This document shows positions 1-9,013 of a stretch of DNA of 64,000 bases, in pieces (within the stretch, counting starts at the first letter, position 1; each line of letters begins with the position of its first letter). The stretch is from positions 7,129 through 71,128 of the forward strand of contig WLEB01000001.1 of the NCBI GenBank assembly GCA_009704505.1. The letters run 5' to 3'. Below the pieces are notes generated by a model. That model worked only from the letters and a program-made list of their open reading frames with translations. It made no database searches and had not been told where the DNA came from. Source of the stretch: Actinomycetota bacterium. GTDB taxonomy: Bacteria; Actinomycetota; Actinomycetes; Nanopelagicales; Nanopelagicaceae. Made by a program: the position numbers and the translations under genes.

Positions 1-744
1 GTGTTCCTTCGCGGACAAAAACTTTCAGTGGGAACTATCAATCGTATCGATTCGACTTTGCGGAGTTTCTTCAATCATTTACATATAGAACACGGGTTGA
101 AAGATCCAACTTTAGAAATAGTTACAAGTAAGAATGTAAGGAGATTGCCGAAAGCTATCTCTGTAGATCAGATGAGTTCAATCATTGAATCTTCATATCG
201 ACAAAGTGACCCTATTACCTCTAGAGATCGCGCAATCGTCGAATTGTTATATGCCAGCGGAGCAAGAGTCTCTGAATTGATAGCACTTGATATATCTGAC
301 GTAGTTTCGGTTGCTTCAGAAGCAGACATCGTAACAACGCTGAAACTACGAGGAAAAGGTGGCAAGGAACGCATCGTTCCAATGGGATCGTTTGCAAAAT
401 CTGCTATCGATGATTATTTGATAAGAATACGACCAGGACTTCTTGAAAAAGCCGGCAAAAGTACTCATGCGTTGTTTCTAAATGCTCGGGGCACAAGGAT
501 TTCACGACAGAGTGTTTGGCAGATAGTTCTAGATGCAGCAAAGGCCGCGGGAATCACACAAGAAGTATCTCCGCATACATTTCGCCATTCGTATGCAACG
601 CATCTATTAGATGGGGGAGCAGATATTCGCGTTGTGCAAGAGCTACTGGGGCATTCATCGGTAACAACTACACAGATTTATACGTTGATTTCCATCGATA
701 AAATTCAACAAACCTATATAACAGCTCACCCTAGAGCTCAGTAG
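1..744 (+). CDS. xerD: Tyrosine recombinase XerD (5' end outside window)
   Basis: Motifs RDRAIVELLYASGARVSE, GKGGKER, HTFRHSYATHLL, LLGH..TTQIY; usual actinobacterial position next to parA-like/scpAB. Confidence 0.9.
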   Translation: MFLRGQKLSVGTINRIDSTLRSFFNHLHIEHGLKDPTLEIVTSKNVRRLPKAISVDQMSSIIESSYRQSDPITSRDRAIVELLYASGARVSELIALDISDVVSVASEADIVTTLKLRGKGGKERIVPMGSFAKSAIDDYLIRIRPGLLEKAGKSTHALFLNARGTRISRQSVWQIVLDAAKAAGITQEVSPHTFRHSYATHLLDGGADIRVVQELLGHSSVTTTQIYTLISIDKIQQTYITAHPRAQ

Positions 745-764
745 TAATTGTCTGATCTTGAGCT

Positions 765-1181
765 TTATTGACCTCTAAGGCGCCGTGCCAAGATACTTTG
801 ATCACCCTTGGCTTCAAGATCTGCGATTATTACTGCAATTGATTCACGAACTATGCGTCCGCGATCAACTGCTAATCCAAGATCACCTCGCATCTGCAAA
901 CGTGCTTGATCCAAATCAAAAAGTTCATCTGGTGAGAGATAAACAGTAATTTTTTCATCGTGCCTTTCTCTACCTGAAGGGGAGCGGTCAACAGTAGTAA
1001 CACGTCTGCGAGCGATTGTGCGCACACCTTTTTTAGAAGATGCTGCCTTTGGCGTTGTGATTGCAGGTGGAACTAATGGAGCAGGTGCGTCTTGGGAACT
1101 TTGAGCAGGAACGGCTGAAAGTGCGGGTGCGGTAGAACGAAAGAGTTCATCGGCTCCTGGAAGATTTGCTCTGCGGGTCAT
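765..1181 (-). CDS. Conserved actinobacterial protein coupled to ParA-like ATPase; probable C-terminal ribbon-helix-helix-like domain
   Basis: ATGA overlap with ParA stop; N-terminal RRANLPGADELFR, Pro/Ala linker, C-terminal EKITVYLSPDE...VDRGRIVRE. Confidence 0.75.
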   Translation of the reverse strand: MTRRANLPGADELFRSTAPALSAVPAQSSQDAPAPLVPPAITTPKAASSKKGVRTIARRRVTTVDRSPSGRERHDEKITVYLSPDELFDLDQARLQMRGDLGLAVDRGRIVRESIAVIIADLEAKGDQSILARRLRGQ

Positions 1182-2062
1182 CGTGCGCCTCCTCTGGCAA
1201 TAAGTTCTCTTGCAAGTCGACGATAAGAAGCCGCGCCACCAGATGATGTAGCGTATTTAGTGATTGGTTCTCCGACGACAGTAGTCTCTGGGAATCTAAT
1301 TGTTTTAGCAATGATGGTTTCAAAAACATCCTCGGGGAACTGTTCTAGTAAACGTTCTAATACCTGGCGATTATGCGATGTCTTTTTGTCGTACATTGTT
1401 GCCAATATTCCGATTAATCGCAGCTCTGGATTGAGGAAACTCTTGACTTTATCTAAGTTACCTTTTAATTCAATAAAACCATGAAGAGCAAAGTACTCAC
1501 ATTGCATCGGTACGATCACTTCATCTGATGCCACCAATGCATTGATAGTCAGTTGTCCCATTGTTGGCTGGCAATCAATCAAAATGACGTCGTAGAAATC
1601 TTTCAGGGGAGCCAATGCGCGCTTAAGGTAGTGCTGTCCACCGATTTCTGCGCCCAGGGTAGTTTCAGCTGTACCCAAATCTCTGTTTGCTGGCAAGAAA
1701 TCTAAACCCGGAACTGATGACTTAAGGACGATGTCATCGATCTTTGCCGTCGGTGTCATCAATGCGTAGTAGACGGTTTGTTCCAAAGGCAATGAGTGCG
1801 CGTTGACTCCAAGTCCAAGTGATAAACCACCTTGTGGGTCAAAATCGACAAGTAGAACTCTTCGTCCAAGTTCGGCTAGTGAAGCACCAAGGTTTATCGT
1901 GCTTGTAGTTTTACCTACGCCACCCTTTTGATTAAAGATAGAGATAATCTTGGCGCTGCCGTGGTTAGTCAGTGATGGTGGTGCAGGAAAGTTTTTGGCT
2001 TTTTTGCCCAGCAAGTTGGCTGTGGTCGCCACTTCTTCCGCAATTGTCGATTTAGCGCTCAA
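1178..2062 (-). CDS. Orphan ParA/Soj-family ATPase (Rv1708/ParH/PldP-like)
   Basis: Deviant Walker A NQKGGVGKTT, LLVDFDPQG, ILIDCQP; TTG start with purine-rich SD. Confidence 0.9.
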   Translation of the reverse strand: MSAKSTIAEEVATTANLLGKKAKNFPAPPSLTNHGSAKIISIFNQKGGVGKTTSTINLGASLAELGRRVLLVDFDPQGGLSLGLGVNAHSLPLEQTVYYALMTPTAKIDDIVLKSSVPGLDFLPANRDLGTAETTLGAEIGGQHYLKRALAPLKDFYDVILIDCQPTMGQLTINALVASDEVIVPMQCEYFALHGFIELKGNLDKVKSFLNPELRLIGILATMYDKKTSHNRQVLERLLEQFPEDVFETIIAKTIRFPETTVVGEPITKYATSSGGAASYRRLARELIARGGAR

Positions 2063-2129
2063 TCTTCAAACCTCTTTCCTGATATGGCCGTGAGCCTAGG
2101 CGCTACATAGAAAACAGGCAAGCGTGAAG

Positions 2130-2135
2130 TAGGGT
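2130..2135 (+). promoter_or_regulatory. -10 box (TAGGGT) of probable leaderless scpA transcript
   Basis: TANNNT hexamer 6 nt before ATG 2142, no SD. Confidence 0.6.
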
Positions 2136-2141
2136 GCGCCA

Positions 2142-3014
2142 ATGGAGATTTCATTAGAGGAATCAACCGATGTTAATCACGCATCGGGTGCTTTCTCTGT
2201 CCACCTAGACAACTTCGATGGACCCTTTGATCTACTTCTTCAGCTTATTTCTCGGCACAAAATGGACGTCACCGAGGTGGCCCTGAGTGCGGTAACCGAT
2301 GAGTTCATAGCCTTCATCCGGGCCCTAGAGACCTCTGGCCAGGGCTGGGAGTTAGACCAGGCCACGGAGTTTCTTCTCGTGGCAGCGACTCTTCTAGATT
2401 TAAAGGCCGCCCGGCTATTGCCTAGCGGTGATGTGGAAGATGAGGAAGATCTGGCCCTACTTGAGGCACGAGACCTACTCTTTGCCCGATTGCTTCAGTA
2501 CAGAGCCTTTAAGCAGATCGCCGCTACCTTCAGTGAGCGGATTCAACAGACGGAAAAGAGTTTCCCAAGGGTCGTAGCCCTAGATCCAGCGCTTTCAACC
2601 CTTTTACCCGAGGTGTTAATCGGGGTAGGGGCAGCTCGATTTGCCGCCATAGCCGAACGGGTTTTGACCCCCAAAACAACTCCGGTCGTCGCCTTGGAAC
2701 ACCTGCACTCAGCGATGGTCAGTGTGGCCGAGGAGTCCAAGCGAGTGGTTCAGGCGTTACGGGCAGGCAAATCAGTCAGCTTTAGAAGCCTGATATCCGA
2801 TGCGGACAATACGTTGGTCGTTGTCGCCAGATTCCTGGCCCTATTGGATCTCTATCGCCAAGGGGTCCTTAGATTTGAGCAGGTTATAGCTTTAGGCGAA
2901 CTCCAAATAAGCTGGACAGGCAGCCTTGAGGGAGAAGTAGAAGTGACCGATGAGTTTGATGTGCCAGTCATTCTGGATATGAAAGACTCGACAGAAAGTG
3001 GCGAAAATGTCTAA
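2142..3014 (+). CDS. scpA: Segregation and condensation protein A (kleisin)
   Basis: FDGPFDLLLQLI N-terminal motif, ATEFLLVAATLLDLKA, C-terminal FLALLDL; overlaps scpB. Confidence 0.95.
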   Translation: MEISLEESTDVNHASGAFSVHLDNFDGPFDLLLQLISRHKMDVTEVALSAVTDEFIAFIRALETSGQGWELDQATEFLLVAATLLDLKAARLLPSGDVEDEEDLALLEARDLLFARLLQYRAFKQIAATFSERIQQTEKSFPRVVALDPALSTLLPEVLIGVGAARFAAIAERVLTPKTTPVVALEHLHSAMVSVAEESKRVVQALRAGKSVSFRSLISDADNTLVVVARFLALLDLYRQGVLRFEQVIALGELQISWTGSLEGEVEVTDEFDVPVILDMKDSTESGENV

Positions 3015-3558
3015 TGTAGAAGTTGAGCGTTCCATTGAAGCCATCCTGATGGTCGTGGATGAACCGTTGAGCGAGATCATTTTGGCTCAGGTTCTGGAAC
3101 AGCCAGTTGAGATAATTGAAGCCGCACTGTCCCGCCTGGAGTCTAGCTATGAGGACCGAGGGTTCTCGCTGCGTAAGATCAATGGGGGATGGCGGTTCTA
3201 TAGCCACCCGAACTACTCCGCTGTAGTCGAGAAATTCGTACTAGATGGCCAGCAATCGCGCCTGACCCAAGCGGCCTTGGAGACCTTGTCTGTTATCGCC
3301 TATAGACAGCCAGTTTCAAGAGCCCGAGTTTCAGCTATTCGAGGGGTGAATGTCGAGGCAGTGATGAAGACCCTGATTACCCGTGGTTTGGTTGAGGAAT
3401 CTGGCCTGGAGCATGAAACGGGTGCGATTTTGTATAAGACAACTAGCTATTTTCTCGAGCGCTTGGGTCTTAACTCCCTGGAGGATTTACCAGCTCTGGC
3501 GCCGTATTTGCCAGACCTTGAGGGGCTCGACGAAATCCTTGATTCGCTAACTGACTAA
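3007..3558 (+). CDS. scpB: SMC-Scp complex subunit ScpB
   Basis: IEAIL, AALETLSVIAYRQPVSRA..IRGV, LYKTT..FL..LGL..LEDLP; ATG 3007 preferred over GTG 2998. Confidence 0.95.
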   Translation: MSNVEVERSIEAILMVVDEPLSEIILAQVLEQPVEIIEAALSRLESSYEDRGFSLRKINGGWRFYSHPNYSAVVEKFVLDGQQSRLTQAALETLSVIAYRQPVSRARVSAIRGVNVEAVMKTLITRGLVEESGLEHETGAILYKTTSYFLERLGLNSLEDLPALAPYLPDLEGLDEILDSLTD

Positions 3559-3599
3559 GCCTTCGGCTACCCTTACTCCTGACTGTCGGGAGGATAGCC

Positions 3600-4313
3600 A
3601 TGGCCCAAATGAGGCTTAACAAAATCATCGCAGACTCGGGTGTTACTAGCCGAAGAGGAGCCGATGAATTAATCGAATCTGGTCGTGTAAGCGTAGACGG
3701 GCTGGTCGTTCGCGAGCTTGGAAGTAAGTTCGATCCGGATATAGTTCAAGTGATGGTTGATGGTGAGACAATTACACGCTCTTTGTCTAAGAGTTATTTA
3801 GTGCTTCATAAACCAAAGGGTGTTTTGTCAACCATGTTTGACCCTGAGGGACGTCCTTCCTTGGATGACTTTATTGACCTTCGCAAAGAGCGACTTTTTC
3901 ATGTTGGCCGCCTTGATAAGGATTCCGAAGGGTTGATTCTGCTTACCAATGATGGCGATCTGACCTTCCGTGCGACCCATCCATCCTTCGGCCTGGAAAA
4001 GACATACGTTATTGAATTCGATGGCGCCTTGCCTCAAGGAGTGGACAAGATTTTGCTGAAGGGCGTTGAGCTAGAAGATGGAATGGGCCGGGTCTTGAGT
4101 TTTCGACAAATCTCCTCACGATGGATTGAAGTCTCAATCCATGAAGGTAGGTATCACATAATCAGACGCCTGATGGAGGCAGTGGGGGTGGATGTCCTTC
4201 GCTTGATCCGCACCAAGTTTGGTCCCATCTCCTTAGGCGATACCCCTGAAGGTCGATGGCGAGACTTGAACTCAACAGAATTGCTAAATTTACAAAAGGC
4301 TTTAGATATTTAA
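3600..4313 (+). CDS. rluB: RsuA/RluB-family pseudouridine synthase
   Basis: S4 domain (RLNKIIADSGVTSRR), catalytic VGRLDKDSEGLILLTNDG. Confidence 0.85.
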   Translation: MAQMRLNKIIADSGVTSRRGADELIESGRVSVDGLVVRELGSKFDPDIVQVMVDGETITRSLSKSYLVLHKPKGVLSTMFDPEGRPSLDDFIDLRKERLFHVGRLDKDSEGLILLTNDGDLTFRATHPSFGLEKTYVIEFDGALPQGVDKILLKGVELEDGMGRVLSFRQISSRWIEVSIHEGRYHIIRRLMEAVGVDVLRLIRTKFGPISLGDTPEGRWRDLNSTELLNLQKALDI

Positions 4314-4595
4314 CCTGTTTACTATAAATAGACAAATATGATAAATAACGATTTGTCTATAAACAGTTAATCAGGAGGCTTGATATCTATTTATCGATAT
4401 AAGCAACTCTATCCTCGCTTACAAAGTCGGTTCATTATCTCTTTACCGATAATACGCTCAATTTTGCATGATGGTTGACGACCGCGGCTATCACACTAAA
4501 AAGTAGTAAACACGTTTTATAGATAAATGGTTAAATAAGTTTAGACGCGTTTTAAACCTCCCTCTGAATTTAAGGAAGGCGAGTATCCTTGGACA
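4314..4595. repeat. AT-rich non-coding spacer with several imperfect inverted repeats
   Basis: ATAGACAAAT 4328-4337 and its complement 4351-4360; ATAGATAAAT 4519-4528; TGTTTACTA 4316-4324 vs TAGTAAACA 4504-4512. Confidence 0.6.
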
Positions 4596-4958
4596 ATGGC
4601 CATGAGAGGTATCCGGGGTGCGATTCAAGTAGAGGCTAACTCTGCTGCGGCTATCGCCTCTGGAGTCGAAGAGCTCATCGGGTCAATTTTAAAATCGAAC
4701 GAGATCACCCCTTCTGATGTGATCTCTGTGTTCTTCACTTCTACGGCTGATTTGACCGCTGCCTTTCCGGCAGCTGCTTGCAGAGAGATGGGCTTCGCCA
4801 ACGTTCCACTTATTGGTTCTGTCGAGGTATCTGTGCCTGGCGCGCTAGATCGCACCCTGAGGGCGCTTTTATTGGTGGAAACAGATCGCAAACCAGAGCA
4901 GATTTCACATATGTATCTACGCGGTGCGGCGGCACTTCGCCGAGACATTGCTCAATAG
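4596..4958 (+). CDS. aroH: Chorismate mutase, AroH class
   Basis: MRGIRGAI, ISVFFTST.DL.AAFPA, H.YLRGA..LR.D; TATCCT 6 nt upstream. Confidence 0.9.
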   Translation: MAMRGIRGAIQVEANSAAAIASGVEELIGSILKSNEITPSDVISVFFTSTADLTAAFPAAACREMGFANVPLIGSVEVSVPGALDRTLRALLLVETDRKPEQISHMYLRGAAALRRDIAQ

Positions 4959-4960
4959 AA

Positions 4961-6055
4961 ATGGCTCCTTCTTCAGGTAGCGAGCCTAGTTCGCTCAAAT
5001 TTACCCCCACGCAGGTCCGTATTGTCGGCTCCGGTTTGATCGGAACCTCGATTGGACTGGCGTTAGTTCAACATGGTGTGAGCGTGGAAATGATTGATTC
5101 TGACCCGGCAAGCCAATCTCTAGCTTCGGATTTGATTGGCGGGGGTAGCGTCGGGCAGCCGCAGTTGGTCATCTTCGCTCTACCAACAAATAAGCTCGAT
5201 GAGGTACTAAACCGGGAATTTAAACTAAACCCTCAATCAACATTTATGGATGTTGGCAGTGTAAAGAATGAAGTTCTACTAAAAGTTGAGGGTATCGCTG
5301 GATTAGCTTCACGTTTCGTACCTTCACACCCCATGGCTGGTCGAGAGATTGGGGGAGCAGGTTCAGCACGCGCCGATCTTTTCCAAGGCCGCAGTTGGGT
5401 AATCACTCCGATTTCGCAAACCAGCCCGGAATCGCTGCAAACAGTAGAAGCCCTGATTACCTTGTTAGGGGCAACAGCTTTGAAAATGTCGCCAGCCGAT
5501 CATGATGCAGCCGTGGCTAAGGTTTCGCACTTGCCCCAGATTGTCTCTTCGCTTCTAGCAAAGCAACTCATTGGAACGAAGCATGAATGGATGGAGCTTT
5601 CGGGGCAGGGGTTGAGAGACTCAACCAGAATCGCTGGTTCCGACGCCCATCTTTGGAAAGAGATCATTTTCTCGAATCGGCAAGTCCTGTCTGGTCTACT
5701 CAAGGGTTTACGTGATGACGTGCAGTTAATGATCGATAACTTGGAAAACTCAAATCAAATAGAGAAAATTTTAGAACAAGGGCGTTCTGGGAGAGATTTG
5801 ATTCCTGGAAAACATGGGGGCAAAGCACGCGAATACAGTTACCTACCGATCGTTATTGATGATAAACCGGGACAGTTGGCATCGATTTTCAATCTCTGCG
5901 CAACTTTGGATGTCAATGTTGAGGACTTAAGTATCGAGCATTCTCCTGGCCAGCTCAGCGCACTAATAACGTTGGCATTATCTCCAAGTGACGCGCAGAA
6001 ACTCTCAAATCATCTTGCTTCGATCGGCTGGAACGTTCATCCGATTCGCAATTAG
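4961..6055 (+). CDS. tyrA: Prephenate dehydrogenase with C-terminal ACT domain
   Basis: GSGLIGTS, DVGSVK, HPMAGRE, HD.AVA.VSHLP, GLRDSTRIA; ACT DDKPGQLA; start moved to ATG 4961 after aroH stop. Confidence 0.9.
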   Translation: MAPSSGSEPSSLKFTPTQVRIVGSGLIGTSIGLALVQHGVSVEMIDSDPASQSLASDLIGGGSVGQPQLVIFALPTNKLDEVLNREFKLNPQSTFMDVGSVKNEVLLKVEGIAGLASRFVPSHPMAGREIGGAGSARADLFQGRSWVITPISQTSPESLQTVEALITLLGATALKMSPADHDAAVAKVSHLPQIVSSLLAKQLIGTKHEWMELSGQGLRDSTRIAGSDAHLWKEIIFSNRQVLSGLLKGLRDDVQLMIDNLENSNQIEKILEQGRSGRDLIPGKHGGKAREYSYLPIVIDDKPGQLASIFNLCATLDVNVEDLSIEHSPGQLSALITLALSPSDAQKLSNHLASIGWNVHPIRN

Positions 6056-6070
6056 AAGTAGGCTCATCAC

Positions 6071-8032
6071 ATGGGCATAGTTGTAGCGATAGATGGTCCT
6101 AGCGGAGCTGGAAAATCAAGTGCGGCTAAGGAGATAGCACATCGCGCCGGATGGAATTATTTGGATACCGGTGCGTTATACAGAGCGGTCACATGGTTAG
6201 CTTTGGAAAACAAATGTGAAGAACCATTTTCCATTCTGCAACTATTAAAAGATCACCCAATACGCTTTGAATCAGATCCAACTTCGCCGCAAGTATTTGC
6301 AGGGACTGTCCAGATTACCCAATCAATTCGTGGACATTCAGTAACCGATAATGTTTCCCGAATTAGTGCAATGCCTGAGATTCGCAAACAGTTATTGATG
6401 ATGCAACACAGCATTATTGACTCTAGTGAACGTGGAATTGTTGTTGAGGGACGAGATATAGGAACAGTGGTTGCTCCCGAGGCTGGGCTAAAGATATTTC
6501 TTACAGCAGATATAGATGCAAGAGCTGCACGCCGGGAAGATGAATTAGACGATAAATCTGTTGATGTTAAAGCATCTTTAGGGTCAAGAGATGCGATTGA
6601 TTCCACTCGGATTCATTCACCGCTGGTCAAGGCACATGATGCCGTTGAGATTGATTCAACAAACCTTAATTTAGAAGAGACAATAGAACGCATTTGGGAA
6701 CTACTTAAGCAAAGAAATCTACTGGGGCTACCGATAGTAGCCATCCTTGGTCGACCAAATGTTGGTAAATCCACACTTATAAATAGATTTCTAGGCCGAC
6801 GTGAAGCAATAGTTGAAGACACCCCTGGTGTAACTCGCGATCGTGTTAAGTATGAATGTGAATGGGGCGGTCGACGTTTCATCATTATGGACACAGGTGG
6901 TTGGGAAGCAAAACCTGATGGAATTTCTGTGCAAGTAAGTGCTGGATCAGAGTTAGCGATGGCAGATGCAGATGTCTTGGCTTTCGTGGTTGATGCTCAA
7001 GTTGGAGCTTTAGATGAAGACGATATTTTGGTGCAGCACCTTCGTAAAGCTAAAAAACCGACCATACTTATTGGAAACAAAGTCGATGGAGAACGCGAAG
7101 AAGCTGAGGCGCATGGTCTTTGGAGTTTGGGTTTAGGAGAACCTAGATTTGTTTCTGCTCTCCATGGTCGTGGAAGCGGTGATTTACTAGATCACATCGT
7201 TGCAGTTCTACCAGAAGTCGGAAGAGCTCAGAATCAAGATGGTTATCGAAAAGTTGCCTTGATTGGTCGACCAAATGTAGGAAAGTCATCTTTGTTTAAC
7301 GCCATTGCAGGGGAGTCACTTTCTATAGTCGATGATGCCGCTGGAACCACCCGAGATCCTGTTGATTCACTCTTGGATTTCGGTGGATCGGTTTGGAGAT
7401 TTATCGACACAGCTGGATTAAAAAAGAGGGCTAATCAAGATTCAGGTACTGATTACTACGCATCGCTCCGAACGAGTACGGCGCTAGAACGGTGCGAAGT
7501 TGCAGTGGTGGTTCTTGATGCATCAGAACCAATTACAGAACAAGACTTGCGGGTTATCACGATGGTTGAAGAAGCCGGCAAAGCGATGGTCATCGTTATG
7601 AATAAGTGGGATCTTGTTGATGAAGACCGACGAATCGCCTTGGACAGAGAGATTGATCGTCACTTAGATCAAGTTGAATGGGCCCAAAGAGTTAACATCG
7701 CCGCCAAAACTGGGTGGCACAGGGATCGTTTAGCCCCAGCACTTCGGACCGCACTTGATAGTTGGGAGCGTCGTGTTCCTACTGCGAAGCTGAACTCATT
7801 CCTTGGGGCTCTGATTGGAGCTACTCCACCACCTGTTAGAGGGGGCAAACAACCTAAGGTCTATTACGCAACACAGGCTGGAATTGCGCCACCAAAGTTT
7901 GTGGTCTTTTCAAGTGGCTGGATAGAGGCTTCTTATCGTCGATTTATCGAAAGACGTTTGCGTGAGGAGTTTAAATTTCCTGGTACTCCCGTTCAAGTTG
8001 CAATCAGAGTTAAGGAAAGAGATAACCAGTGA
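6071..8032 (+). CDS. cmk-der: Fused cytidylate kinase / ribosome biogenesis GTPase Der
   Basis: Cmk [26 protein letters not shown] followed in frame by two GRPNVGKS G-domains and KH-like tail. Confidence 0.93.
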   Translation: MGIVVAIDGPSGAGKSSAAKEIAHRAGWNYLDTGALYRAVTWLALENKCEEPFSILQLLKDHPIRFESDPTSPQVFAGTVQITQSIRGHSVTDNVSRISAMPEIRKQLLMMQHSIIDSSERGIVVEGRDIGTVVAPEAGLKIFLTADIDARAARREDELDDKSVDVKASLGSRDAIDSTRIHSPLVKAHDAVEIDSTNLNLEETIERIWELLKQRNLLGLPIVAILGRPNVGKSTLINRFLGRREAIVEDTPGVTRDRVKYECEWGGRRFIIMDTGGWEAKPDGISVQVSAGSELAMADADVLAFVVDAQVGALDEDDILVQHLRKAKKPTILIGNKVDGEREEAEAHGLWSLGLGEPRFVSALHGRGSGDLLDHIVAVLPEVGRAQNQDGYRKVALIGRPNVGKSSLFNAIAGESLSIVDDAAGTTRDPVDSLLDFGGSVWRFIDTAGLKKRANQDSGTDYYASLRTSTALERCEVAVVVLDASEPITEQDLRVITMVEEAGKAMVIVMNKWDLVDEDRRIALDREIDRHLDQVEWAQRVNIAAKTGWHRDRLAPALRTALDSWERRVPTAKLNSFLGALIGATPPPVRGGKQPKVYYATQAGIAPPKFVVFSSGWIEASYRRFIERRLREEFKFPGTPVQVAIRVKERDNQ

Positions 8033-8601
8033 GTCCGCTGATAACTGTTCCCAATGCTCTTACCTTTTTACGTTTTTTGGGAATCCCGATCTTTATACAT
8101 CTTGCGATAAACCTTGAGGCCGATGGCTGGGCAATAGTTGTTCTTGCAATCGGTGGGGCAACAGATTATTTCGACGGAAAATTGGCCAGAGCTTGGAATC
8201 AGACATCTCGATTTGGGGAGATAGCAGATCCTGCTATAGATCGGCTATATATATTTGCAATCTTAATTGTCTTTTTAGTACGAGAGATTGTTCCATTGTG
8301 GATGATTGTTCTATTGGTAGGGCGAGATGTTGCACTTGGAGTCATTACTGTTTTGATGGCAAGAAATGCTATTTCGCCATTTACAGTTACGTATCTAGGA
8401 AAGGCCGCAACTTTTAATCTCATGTATGCCTTCCCATTGCTTCTCTTGGCCCAGAGCGATGGCTTCTGGGGTTATTTGGCATTTGTGACGGGCTGGAGTT
8501 TTGCAATCTGGGGATTAGCACTCTACATTTCGACAGGTATTGGATATGCCCGTCAGGGGATATCTCAGTTAAGGGGAGACAATGTCATCGATTCCAGATA
8601 A
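8029..8601 (+). CDS. CDP-alcohol phosphatidyltransferase (PgsA2-like)
   Basis: [10 protein letters not shown] and D..DG..AR...Q.S..G...DP..D signature; hydrophobic. Confidence 0.88.
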   Translation: MSPLITVPNALTFLRFLGIPIFIHLAINLEADGWAIVVLAIGGATDYFDGKLARAWNQTSRFGEIADPAIDRLYIFAILIVFLVREIVPLWMIVLLVGRDVALGVITVLMARNAISPFTVTYLGKAATFNLMYAFPLLLLAQSDGFWGYLAFVTGWSFAIWGLALYISTGIGYARQGISQLRGDNVIDSR

Positions 8602-8956
8602 GTTTTCATATACCAAGGAACATGAGTGGGTGATTGTCGATTCATCTGTGTGCACGATGGGTATTACAGATTATGCACAGGCTGCGCTAGGTGACATTGT
8701 CTATGTTCAACTTCCTAAAATTGGTGAGAAAATAACTGCTGGCAAGGTGTGCGGTGAAGTTGAATCGACGAAAAGTGTTTCCGATATTTATGCACCAGTT
8801 TCTGGGGTAGTAACTGAGGTAAATACGTCACTGTCAGATTCGCCGGAGACAATCAACTCTGATCCTTATGGCGGCGGCTGGTTGCTCAAAATTGAAGTAA
8901 CGGACCTACCTGGCGACCTACTAACCTCGGTGGAATACGGTCAGATTACGGCTTGA
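8582..8956 (+). CDS. gcvH: Glycine cleavage system H protein
   Basis: YTKEHEW, GITDYAQ, lipoyl site VESTKSVSD, INSDPYGGGW. Confidence 0.95.
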   Translation: MSSIPDKFSYTKEHEWVIVDSSVCTMGITDYAQAALGDIVYVQLPKIGEKITAGKVCGEVESTKSVSDIYAPVSGVVTEVNTSLSDSPETINSDPYGGGWLLKIEVTDLPGDLLTSVEYGQITA

Positions 8957-8981
8957 CCAATGCATTTTCCCCCTCTACTGT
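8953..8981 (+). promoter_or_regulatory. SigA-type promoter of the FHA/MerR operon
   Basis: TTGACC (8953-8958), 17 nt, TACTGT (8976-8981); SD AAGGAGG downstream. Confidence 0.65.
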
Positions 8982-9013
8982 CACCCTTAAGTTGACGGTA
9001 AGGAGGTAGGGGC

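Noticed and set aside
1-744. Tyrosine recombinase as a phage or island integrase
   Set aside because: Motifs and synteny fit housekeeping XerD; no mobile genes nearby.
3584-3601. TGTCGG before rluB as a PafBC promoter
   Set aside because: No TA follows at the required 10-nt spacing.
4442-4469. Second dif site in the AT-rich spacer
   Set aside because: Only the XerC-like arm matches; the other arm lacks TTATG. Kept only as a note in the spacer finding.
4468-4506. 12-codon ORF MMVDDRGYHTKK as an attenuator leader for aroH-tyrA
   Set aside because: Only one aromatic codon, no SD, and aroH has its own leaderless-type -10.
4778-4960. N-terminal extension of TyrA in the ORF track
   Set aside because: Overlaps aroH out of frame; ATG 4961 just after the aroH stop is more plausible.
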